DNA from: Dickeya solani IPO 2222
GTDB lineage: Bacteria > Pseudomonadota > Gammaproteobacteria > Enterobacterales > Enterobacteriaceae
Assembly: GCF_001644705.1 (NCBI RefSeq)
Contig: NZ_CP015137.1
Span: 1,980,001 to 2,012,000 of the forward strand
Direction of reading: 5' to 3'
Length of the DNA: 32,000 nt
The notes beneath the pieces were generated by a model. It saw only the letters and a list, made by a program, of their open reading frames with translations. It was not told the origin of the DNA and searched no databases. A program made the translations under genes and the position numbers. Below, piece after piece: positions 17,561 through 25,496 of this stretch; the stretch's first letter is position 1; each line of letters begins with the position of its first letter.

Positions 17561-17839
17561 CTACCCGCTGAATATCAGCGCGCAGTAAACGATATTTTTT
17601 CGATTCCAGGTGTAGGTCACATGTAACGTGTCGCCATCGGCAATAATGGCGGGATAAAAGAACTCGCCGGGTTCCTGCTCAAGATCGAGGCCGCTTTCCC
17701 AGTGCTCGCCGTTATCGGCGGAACAGGCCACCCGCAGCTGCCCGTCCGGCAATGCCGCCACGGTTGAGGCGTGGCAGTTGCCGAAACAGTCATGCCCTCC
17801 GGGCAGGACGAATTGCTGTGTTGTCGTTGTCAGCCTCAT
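17561..17839 (-). pseudogene. Remnant of a BNR/sialidase-fold (exo-alpha-sialidase-like) gene with a large in-frame internal deletion
   Basis: In these 92 codons, the first ~35 aa (FVLPGGHDCFGNCHASTVAALPDGQL) look like the N-terminus of BNR-repeat-like proteins. The last ~55 aa (SADNGEHW = a BNR Sx[DN]xGxxW repeat; GEFFYPAIIADGDTLHVTYTWNRKNI) look like the C-terminus of the same family, which is usually 350-400 aa. Only 407 bp separate the flanking genes, so the propeller core is missing. A good SD (GAAGGA) is retained. Confidence 0.55.
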
Positions 17840-17854
17840 CAGGATGTCCTTCAG

Positions 17855-18814
17855 TTACCGGAGCGATGCCGGGAGCTGCGTCTCCAGCGTCTGGCCCAGC
17901 CGGAGCATGCTCTCAATCGCCTGCGGGAAGAAACTCTCGCCGTAAGCCGCGCTGTTGCGCACCCGGCAAACGTGGGTCGAGAACGTACCGGATTGCTGCT
18001 GATAGAACTTGGCGCAGGCCGGATAATCGAGAAACTCCACCAGCGCCGCCGTACCGAGATAGTCCGCCAACTGCTGTGCCGCCGCCGGATGCTCGCGCCA
18101 GTGCTCGAACAGCCACACGTACAGCTGCGGATGGAAGTTGGCCATCACCCCGCTATAAGCCTGACAACCGGCCTGCAGCGACGCCAGCAACGTCTGGCTG
18201 TTGGCATTCGCCAGATGCAGGCGCGAGCCCTGCGCCAGTTGTAACCGCCGGCGAATAGTCGGCAGATCGCAACAGGTGTCTTTAATGAAGGTGTAACGCC
18301 CGCTGCGCGCGCACCAGGCGACCGTCTCGTCAGACAGCAGCCGTTTGTAAGGGTAAGGACATTCGTAGATGCCCAGATCCACCTGTGCGGGCAGTTGCGC
18401 CGTCAATGCCTGCAACCGTACCAGCGCCTGTTCGTCCGGCTCGCCCGCCAGCGCCAGCCGGTTGCTGATCAGGATCACGCCGTCCACGCCGGTTTCCGCC
18501 ACGCCGTTCAGTTGGTCCACCTGCTGGCTGAACGCGCTGGCGGTATGGCCCGAGGCCACCACCGGCACCCGACCGTCCACCTGCGCCACGATAAAGCGCA
18601 CCAGTTCACGGGTTTCCGTATCGCTTAAGAAAAACATCTCGCTGGACTGACAGGCGGCGAACAGCCCGTGCACGCCGGCATCCAGATACCACTCCACCAG
18701 CCGCGCCAGCGAGGCATAGTCGATTTCGCCGCGCGCGTCGAACGGGGTGAGCATCACCGGCCAGATGCCGGCGTACTTGCTTTCATCGTTAAAAGATGGG
18801 TTGTCGTCATTCAT
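17855..18814 (-). CDS. DapA/NanA-family (class I, Schiff-base) pyruvate aldolase/lyase-like protein
   Basis: 319 codons. N-terminus WPVMLTPFDARGEIDYASLARLVEWYLDAGVHGLF is of the DHDPS/NAL type. The candidate catalytic Lys lies in YTFIKDTC. The ATG lies 3 nt after the isomerase stop, with GGAG upstream (translational coupling). Confidence 0.8.
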   Translation of the reverse strand: MNDDNPSFNDESKYAGIWPVMLTPFDARGEIDYASLARLVEWYLDAGVHGLFAACQSSEMFFLSDTETRELVRFIVAQVDGRVPVVASGHTASAFSQQVDQLNGVAETGVDGVILISNRLALAGEPDEQALVRLQALTAQLPAQVDLGIYECPYPYKRLLSDETVAWCARSGRYTFIKDTCCDLPTIRRRLQLAQGSRLHLANANSQTLLASLQAGCQAYSGVMANFHPQLYVWLFEHWREHPAAAQQLADYLGTAALVEFLDYPACAKFYQQQSGTFSTHVCRVRNSAAYGESFFPQAIESMLRLGQTLETQLPASLR

Positions 18815-18817
18815 GAT

Positions 18818-20488
18818 TTACTCCGCCAGCAACCGGTGAGCGTCGCCCGCCGTCCATACCTGAATATGCTGCGTCAGCGCCTGTGCGACAAAAGCTTTCA
18901 GCACCTCGGTGAGCTTATCCTCGTCCACATACGCCACCGTCAGGTGGTTGCTCTGGTGGCCCGCCATCAGGTCGTCGCGGGTGACGCCGTCCAGCACCGC
19001 GTTGAGCAGCGGCCACTCGTAGTTGGTGGCGCGGCGGCGGCGTTCGAACTCGTCGGCGGGCAATTCCACCGCCGTGCCGGTGCCGACATGCATCATCACC
19101 TGCGTCCCTTCGTAATGCGCGCGCGCCCAGACAAAACGCCCCGCCTTGCCCTGCCCGGCGATGGTGGAACCGCCGTACGGGAAGAACATCGGCGGCTGAC
19201 GATAGCCGGTGGCGCCGGCGATGCCGCCTTTGAGATGAGCGAACGGCACCGCGCCGGAAATTTCCAGATCCCAATAGAAGATGCCCTGATGCTCACTGCC
19301 CCAGCGAATATCGTGCAGCGTGGTTTCCGCCGGCAATCCCAGGCCGTGCAGCAGGTGCCACAACATCACCTGCGGAATGGCGCTGCCCATGTCCACCTCG
19401 TTGATACAGGGGATGGCGACATCGGGACGAATCGGCTCGCCCTGTTCATCCGTCAGTGGAAAGCGCTCCGCGTTGCCGATGGCCCCTTCGGCGAAATCGG
19501 ACGCGGCGCAGCTGTCCTTCAGCCCTTGCTGGTACTGCACCCCGACCGCCGCCAGCCCGAAACGCTGCGTAAAGCGCGCCATAGCGATCATCATCGCGCA
19601 CTGTTCCAGCACCTGGTCGCGCGTCAGCTGGCGACTGCCGTCATCACCGAACTCAAACCGCATGCCGCGCTGCTCATACCACGCCAGACAGCTTTCCCGC
19701 AGGGCGTACGGCACTTTCGCCATCTCCACCAGCAATGCCGACTGAGACAACGATTCGATCGGCATACCGATAGTCACCATCGCCTGCTGCGGGAACACGC
19801 CGTTGATCATCCCCATACAGAAGGTGTCGAACAGCCCGATAATCGCCTTATGCCGCAGAATGTATTCCCCGACCTGACGGCCAATCTGACCGGCCGGGGT
19901 CGCCAGCACCGGGGGAGACGCCGCCACCGGACGCAGATAGCCGGTCTTGTGACTCACCGCGCCGTCGCGCAGCCAGGTCGCCAGCCCCTGACGGAACGCA
20001 TCATCTTCGAACGTCGCCGACCACAACCGGGAATAGGTACGCCCGAGGCTGGTCAGGCAGCCCGCCATGCACAGCATGCCCACCAGCCCCGGCCAGGTGC
20101 CGTCGAAGTTGGCCAGCAGCAGCACCGGGCCGCGGTGGTGCACCAGCGACGGTGCGATATGGTGGGAATACTGCCAGGCGGTCAGCAGCACGATGACCGG
20201 CGCGTCGGGATCGAGCGCGGCGAACACGTCGCTGCCCTCCCGCTGGCTGCTGATGAAGCCGTGCCCGCAGGCATTATCCACCGCATGGGCGCGCGTCATG
20301 CGGTATCCCAGTTGCTCCAGCGCGCTCTGCAGGCGGCTTTCAAACTGCTGCTGGGTCGGCCAGCAAGTCAAGTTGGCGGATTCCCGCAGATCCGCATTGG
20401 TAACCAGCAAAACCTCGCGTTCGCCGACGGAAAGCCGACGGGGTGAAGCGGGAAGATTCAGTGTCAACGAAACACATTGTTCCAACAT
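18818..20488 (-). CDS. L-fucose/D-arabinose isomerase-like sugar isomerase (divergent FucI-family)
   Basis: 556 codons. The overall layout and C-terminal half (…CINEVDMGSAIPQ…, …TNYEWPLL…, …AGHQSNHLTVAY…) resemble the FucI catalytic domain as I recall it. The assignment is at family level only. AGGAG RBS. Confidence 0.65.
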   Translation of the reverse strand: MLEQCVSLTLNLPASPRRLSVGEREVLLVTNADLRESANLTCWPTQQQFESRLQSALEQLGYRMTRAHAVDNACGHGFISSQREGSDVFAALDPDAPVIVLLTAWQYSHHIAPSLVHHRGPVLLLANFDGTWPGLVGMLCMAGCLTSLGRTYSRLWSATFEDDAFRQGLATWLRDGAVSHKTGYLRPVAASPPVLATPAGQIGRQVGEYILRHKAIIGLFDTFCMGMINGVFPQQAMVTIGMPIESLSQSALLVEMAKVPYALRESCLAWYEQRGMRFEFGDDGSRQLTRDQVLEQCAMMIAMARFTQRFGLAAVGVQYQQGLKDSCAASDFAEGAIGNAERFPLTDEQGEPIRPDVAIPCINEVDMGSAIPQVMLWHLLHGLGLPAETTLHDIRWGSEHQGIFYWDLEISGAVPFAHLKGGIAGATGYRQPPMFFPYGGSTIAGQGKAGRFVWARAHYEGTQVMMHVGTGTAVELPADEFERRRRATNYEWPLLNAVLDGVTRDDLMAGHQSNHLTVAYVDEDKLTEVLKAFVAQALTQHIQVWTAGDAHRLLAE

Positions 20489-20538
20489 AGTATGCTCCTG
20501 GTGTCCTCTCCGGCCTGCGCCGGAAGAAAATGCGGCTA

Positions 20539-22125
20539 TCAGTGACGGCTCATCTGTTGCTGGGCGGCCTGCTGGTAGTCATACATCTGTAAATAAATCT
20601 GGTATTTGGCGTCGTGGAACGGTTGATTGCGGCGATCGGCGCGAATAAGCAGACCGGGCTGCACCATCGCCTGCGCCGCTTGCGGCAGTGAGGGATACGC
20701 GCCGCAAGCCACCGCCCCCAGCAACGCGGCACCGAGCGTGACCGCGTCTTCCTCGCTCGCCAGTTGAATATCGCAACCGGTGATGGCGGCATACTCCCGC
20801 AGCCACAACGGATTTTTGGTGGCACCGCCGCACATCGTCAGCCGGGTAATCTGATGACCGGCCTGATTCAACGCCTCGATAATGTGCCGGGTGCCGTAGG
20901 CGATCGCCTGCAATGTCGCCAGATACAGCCGCGCCAACGCATCCGGCCCTTGCTCCAGCGTCAGCCCCATCACCACACCGCGCGCATCCGGGTTGGCGCG
21001 TGGCGAGCGGTTGCCGTGGTGATCCGCCAACACGTGCAGATGACGAGTCGGCAACGGCTCGCGCCGCTCCAGCGACGTCACCCATTCGTTCAACAATGCA
21101 TACGGGCTGCAATGCTGCCGCTCCGCCTGCGCGGCCAACACCGGCCACTGCGCATGCTGGCGCAATGTCCATTCCACCAGCGCGCCCGCCGCGCTCTGCC
21201 CGCCTTCGTTAAGCCACCACTGCGGCAGCATCGCCCCCCAGTACGGCCCCCACACGCCGGGAACCTCGACCGGCTGGCGGCTGACCAGCATATGGCAATT
21301 AGACGTCCCGCTGATGACGGCAAGGCTGCCCTGTGGTTCGCTGCCCACCAGCGCCAGCCCGCCGGCGTGGGCGTCAATGATGCCGCCGGCCACCACCACG
21401 TTTTCCGGCAACCCCCAGTCGCGTGCCACGTCAGCGGCCAGCAGCCCGGCGGCGTCACCCAGTTGCAGGATACGCGGCGGGATTTTCTGCGGTAGATCGG
21501 CCAGCCCGACCGCCTGCAACAGACCGTCGCTAAAGCGGTTTTCGTGCGCCAGATAGTTCCACTTGCAGGTCAGCGTGCAGACGCTGGCTGCGTCCGTGCC
21601 GGTGGCACGCCACACCAGATAGTCCGCCAGATCGAAAAAGCGCCACACCTGTTGATAACGTGCCGGGAAATGGCGCTTCAACCACAGGATCTTGGGCAGT
21701 TCCATCTCAATGCTGACTTCACCGCCCACATAGCGTAGCGCCTCGTCGCCGGTGGCGTTGATGTCGGCGGTTTCGGCGGCGGCGCGGTGATCCATCCACA
21801 TGATGATGTCCCGCTGCGGGTCGTGCTGCTCGGCCACCGACACCGGCTGCCCTTGCGGCCCGACCGCTACCAACGAGCAGGTGGCGTCAAAGCCGATGGC
21901 GCGCACCAACGCAGGAGCAACCGCCGCTACGCTCAGCGCCTCGCGCACACAAGCGCCGACCGCCTGCCAGATATTCACCGATGACTGCTCCACCACGTGG
22001 GTGCGGGGATGAAACTGTTCGATAGGCCGCACCGCAAACGCCAGGCGTTGGCCATTGCCGTCAAACACCCCGGCCCTGACGCTGGCCGACCCGACATCCA
22101 CACCGATAAAGCAATCGCTTTTCAT
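20539..22125 (-). CDS. FGGY-family carbohydrate kinase, pentulose (D-ribulokinase-like) subgroup
   Basis: 528 codons. The N-terminus CFIGVDVGSASVRAGVFD...VEQSSVNIWQAV is characteristic of the FGGY pentulose-kinase subgroup, and the C-terminal actin-fold motif is MCGGATKNPLW. It is the first gene of the operon. Confidence 0.85.
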   Translation of the reverse strand: MKSDCFIGVDVGSASVRAGVFDGNGQRLAFAVRPIEQFHPRTHVVEQSSVNIWQAVGACVREALSVAAVAPALVRAIGFDATCSLVAVGPQGQPVSVAEQHDPQRDIIMWMDHRAAAETADINATGDEALRYVGGEVSIEMELPKILWLKRHFPARYQQVWRFFDLADYLVWRATGTDAASVCTLTCKWNYLAHENRFSDGLLQAVGLADLPQKIPPRILQLGDAAGLLAADVARDWGLPENVVVAGGIIDAHAGGLALVGSEPQGSLAVISGTSNCHMLVSRQPVEVPGVWGPYWGAMLPQWWLNEGGQSAAGALVEWTLRQHAQWPVLAAQAERQHCSPYALLNEWVTSLERREPLPTRHLHVLADHHGNRSPRANPDARGVVMGLTLEQGPDALARLYLATLQAIAYGTRHIIEALNQAGHQITRLTMCGGATKNPLWLREYAAITGCDIQLASEEDAVTLGAALLGAVACGAYPSLPQAAQAMVQPGLLIRADRRNQPFHDAKYQIYLQMYDYQQAAQQQMSRH

Positions 22126-22137
22126 GCTGAAATCTCT

Positions 22138-22157
22138 TTGCTAAGTCGAGTTAGCAA
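22138..22157. promoter_or_regulatory. Candidate LacI-family operator (20-bp palindrome) in front of the kinase gene
   Basis: ttgctaagtc|gagttagcaa has 9/10 symmetric positions around a central TCGA. It lies 13-32 nt upstream of the kinase ATG and abuts the predicted -10. Confidence 0.5.
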
Positions 22158-22185
22158 TGTATTTTAAGCACAAAGCCGGTGACAA
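22156..22185 (-). promoter_or_regulatory. Putative sigma70 promoter of the kinase-isomerase-aldolase-transporter operon
   Basis: The minus strand reads TTGTCA-N18-TACATT. The predicted TSS falls inside the palindromic operator. Confidence 0.35.
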
Positions 22186-22488
22186 TGTTTTTTGCTGTGA
22201 ACTGTGAGGCGGATCGGTGAATAAAAAGTAATCGTTTGAAAGGAAACAGTTTTATTGGGCAATCAAAATAGCGGATCGGTGAAAGCCATGAGGGAACGGC
22301 GGAAGAGGGGATCGCCGGCCAGGTTGATGTGCCGCCGACTCAGCGGTGACAAGTACTGCAACAGGACGTGATTGACGGCTTGTCCATGGTCACGCAAGGC
22401 GAGGCGGGAGGTAAGTCCCACCTCACCTAACTGCTAATCTGTCAATACTGGATCCATCTTGAGAAAGCGCTGCAACGACCTTTTTAAG

Positions 22489-23253
22489 TTAAGAAGTCAC
22501 AGGCCACGTAGGATTGTTGATTAGGCGCTGGATGCTGACCATTCTTTCACGCGTCGGTACTCCACCTAAGAACGTTCCCAAATGAGCCAGAAAATAGTCA
22601 CGGTTTTTTTCCGGAACCCCTTTAATAGCGGCGGCGAGAGCCGCACGAAGTTGCTCAGCGTCAAAATCGCAGGAGTAGCACGGAGAACCCGGCTGTTGCC
22701 GCCAGGAATCATCCAGAGAGCCAGCATCAACCGGATCGAAACCCACTTCATTCACAATACGCATGGCCGTTTTCTTTTGCTCGGCGTCATCCCCTGCAAC
22801 CGCGATTGCAAGACGACCAGCAGCGCCCTCTGGCTTAGCAGCCTGCTCAACCGTTTCTGAGAAAAGAATATTGAATGCCTTGATGACGGGCCGGCCGATT
22901 TGTTCTGAAACCCAAACGCTTTCGGTCTTTCCGGCATTAATTTCCGGAACGCTGGGATCCCGGACATTCGGATAATAGTTGCCCGTATCGATGATCGTGG
23001 CACTGCTGGACAGGTTGTCAAAAAGGCCCTTGGGTAACTGTTGAACAGCAGAATAAGGGATGGAGAGTACCACTACATCCACACCGTCAACGGCACCTTT
23101 CACATCCGTCGCTGTTGCGCCAATTTTATTTGCAAAATCCCTGACGGCTTCCGCGCCACGTGAGTTTGCCACGCGGACTTCATGACCCGTTGTGACCAGT
23201 CGTCGGGCAATAACGCCACCGATTGCACCAATACCAATTACGCCGATTTTCAT
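22489..23253 (-). CDS. NAD(P)-binding oxidoreductase (F420_oxidored / NADP oxidoreductase coenzyme F420-dependent-like family)
   Basis: Start reassigned to ATG 23253 (MKIGVIGIGAIGGVIARRL...). It has a Rossmann GxGxxG motif, about 254 codons and a GAAGG RBS. It is divergent from an HxlR regulator. Confidence 0.8.
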   Translation of the reverse strand: MKIGVIGIGAIGGVIARRLVTTGHEVRVANSRGAEAVRDFANKIGATATDVKGAVDGVDVVVLSIPYSAVQQLPKGLFDNLSSSATIIDTGNYYPNVRDPSVPEINAGKTESVWVSEQIGRPVIKAFNILFSETVEQAAKPEGAAGRLAIAVAGDDAEQKKTAMRIVNEVGFDPVDAGSLDDSWRQQPGSPCYSCDFDAEQLRAALAAAIKGVPEKNRDYFLAHLGTFLGGVPTRERMVSIQRLINNPTWPVTS

Positions 23254-23406
23254 GAGAGAACCTTCTCGATAAGTGAATAGAGCTATATGTACCGGCAAGC
23301 AACTCATCAACGATGAATATCTACCAGCAGTTGGCAATGTACGCCCAAGCTGTTATAAACGGAAGTACTGACAATTTAGTATGTAACCAACTAAAAGGTA
23401 AGAATA

Positions 23407-23802
23407 ATGAGCAAACCGTGTGAAGATCATAACAACAGGTTAGGCTGGGCTGCCGCCATCAGTTCCGCGCTACGCGTACTCGAAGGCAAATGGAAAATCG
23501 TCATCGTTAATGAACTGATGCATGCCGCTGGCACGCCACTAAGATTTTCACAATTAGAAAGGCTCGTGCCAGGTGTAACGCAGAAAATGTTGATCCAGCA
23601 GCTCAAGGAACTCGGACGGGACGGCATTGTCCAGCGGACTGTCTATCCGCAGGTTCCTCCCAAGGTCGAATACACCCTGACGGAGTTGGGGCAACGACTG
23701 CGGCCTGCCATGAAGGCACTGATCGAGTGGGCGGAGTTTCGCAATGACCACCAGGGGGTTCTGTCCTCCGCACCAAAATTTGAAGACACTACTGATGCGT
23801 AA
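23407..23802 (+). CDS. HxlR-family winged-helix transcriptional regulator
   Basis: LRVLEGKWKIVIVNEL...RFSQLERLVPGVTQKMLIQQLKELGRDGIVQRTVYPQVPPKVEYTLTELG is a textbook HxlR domain. 131 codons. Confidence 0.88.
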   Translation: MSKPCEDHNNRLGWAAAISSALRVLEGKWKIVIVNELMHAAGTPLRFSQLERLVPGVTQKMLIQQLKELGRDGIVQRTVYPQVPPKVEYTLTELGQRLRPAMKALIEWAEFRNDHQGVLSSAPKFEDTTDA

Positions 23803-24016
23803 CCGATGCGTTGAGCGGCCTTGCTGTCAATGGCTCTGAACCAGGTGCTCTTGACGGCACAAATGCCGCTGCACGGGCTTCGCGTCGAAATAGGACCTAC
23901 CTGGCGCATGCCCTTAGCGCGCTTTATTTTCCGTTTTCTGAGACGCCCCCAAGAGAGGCAAGCCATGGGCGGCGGGTCAATCGGACACGCGCCGCCCGTC
24001 AGGAAAAACACCGTCG

Positions 24017-25303
24017 TTAACGCATCACCGTCACCACGAAAATCTGGTTGTAGCCATCAATATCCCGCAGATAGGCGATGCGATCGCCATCCGGCGAAAA
24101 CACCACCGCGTCTCCCACCGGCGGCGTTTCGCGGCGCGCGGTCTGGCGAATCAACCGGCCAGATTCGGCTTCGCACAGCATCACGCTGTTGTCGCCAATG
24201 AACGCCAGGTGCCCGCCATCCGGATGCCAGTTGAACGCCGACTGCACCGGCCAGTCGCCCTGCGTCACCTGACGCGGCGCGCCGCCGTTCGGCGATACCG
24301 TCCACAACTGCACTACGCCTCGGTCGTCTTTCATCAGAAATGCAATTTGGCTGCCGTCCGGCGAACTGCGTAACCAGTGGCGCGGCTGATTGACCACGCC
24401 GGGATGCGGCCTGTCGGCGGTGAAGGTGAGCCGTCGCTGACGCACGCCGGCCGGCGGAGCGGGTAAGCGATCGTCGGTGCCGCCCAGCGGCCGATCGCCG
24501 GGGCGGGCATAGTCGTCCAGCAGTTCCGGCAAATCGACGATGAACACCTCCGGCACTTTCTCGCCGCACGCCGACAGCGTATCGCCGATAAACGCCAGCG
24601 CCCAGCGTTGGCGGCGGCCATCCGGGCGCAGGTAGCCGGCGGTTCCCACCCAACCTTCCTCGTAGGCGCGGTTGATGTCATCGCTGCCGGGCCGCGGCTG
24701 CGGCGTGGTGTCGCTCACCAGCACGCAGAAATGGCTGCCGTCGTGCTCGCGCGGATGACGGTGCGGTGCGTCCACCGGATGCAGCGGCACCGCCACCCCG
24801 ACGTTGCGCAGATCCAGCGCCGGGTCGCGCTCGTGCAACACATGGTCGTTGTAGGTAAAGCTCAGCCGGCTACCGTCCGGGCTGAACACATGCACATGGG
24901 AACCGCCGCGCAGCGCGCCGGCCAGATACGGGGCCGTCAGCACGCAGGCATCCAGCGTCGCCGCTTGCTGGCGGTCGTCATCGCGCATCACCACGCCGCG
25001 GCGGTGATGGAAATCGTACCGCCAGTGTTCATCGGGATTTTCCGGGCCGTGGATAAACACATAACGCTGCGGCGCCACCGGGCTGCCGGTCGCCACGCCG
25101 ACATGCGCGCCCTGCCCGGCACGGTAAAGCACCTCGCATTGCCGGGTTTCCACGTTAACGCGTTCGATGGTCAATCCCGTGAATGAAGATCCATGCGGCC
25201 GAACGTCATAAATCAACCATTTGCCATCACATGACCAGATGTTTATATTGGTTAACTGATGTGAAAAAGCATTACGTGTTATCTGACTGTCTTCATTCTT
25301 CAC
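24017..25303 (-). CDS. yidR: YidR-like DUF3748 protein (TolB-like beta-propeller C-terminus)
   Basis: Long colinear resemblance to E. coli YidR as I recall it (FIHGPENPDEHWRYDFHHRRG, GGSHVHVFSPDGSRLSFTYNDHV, DLRNVGVA, INRAYEEGWVG, LPAPPAGVRQRRLTF). I chose GTG 25303 (VKNEDSQITRNAF...) by analogy with the YidR N-terminus, with a GAAGG RBS. The ORF-track ATG 25417 is the alternative. Confidence 0.75.
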   Translation of the reverse strand: MKNEDSQITRNAFSHQLTNINIWSCDGKWLIYDVRPHGSSFTGLTIERVNVETRQCEVLYRAGQGAHVGVATGSPVAPQRYVFIHGPENPDEHWRYDFHHRRGVVMRDDDRQQAATLDACVLTAPYLAGALRGGSHVHVFSPDGSRLSFTYNDHVLHERDPALDLRNVGVAVPLHPVDAPHRHPREHDGSHFCVLVSDTTPQPRPGSDDINRAYEEGWVGTAGYLRPDGRRQRWALAFIGDTLSACGEKVPEVFIVDLPELLDDYARPGDRPLGGTDDRLPAPPAGVRQRRLTFTADRPHPGVVNQPRHWLRSSPDGSQIAFLMKDDRGVVQLWTVSPNGGAPRQVTQGDWPVQSAFNWHPDGGHLAFIGDNSVMLCEAESGRLIRQTARRETPPVGDAVVFSPDGDRIAYLRDIDGYNQIFVVTVMR

Positions 25304-25496
25304 AGATTTTTCGCCTTCTTGACATAACTTGGCATATCCTAAAAAATCGCTCAAAAAATAACAAAGACAATAAAAATCATTGAGTTGTTTTCCATTCCTG
25401 ACTGTATTTCCCATCAAAAAAATAGAAAGATATCTTCAACAACCTCCGTTTTCCACGAAGGCTAACAGGGCGTAACCTTTCCGTTATCGAAAGGAC

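Noticed and set aside
23960-24000. 8-bp GC hairpin (gggcggcg ... cgccgccc) just downstream of yidR as its terminator
   Set aside because: It has a 15-nt loop and no U-tract on the minus strand. It may still be a Rho-dependent or stability element, but it cannot be called an intrinsic terminator.
14990-24016. Classical integrative genomic island, prophage or transposon
   Set aside because: I found no integrase, transposase or recombinase genes, no tRNA target, and no inverted or direct terminal repeats. Only the synteny break and a compositional step support foreign origin.
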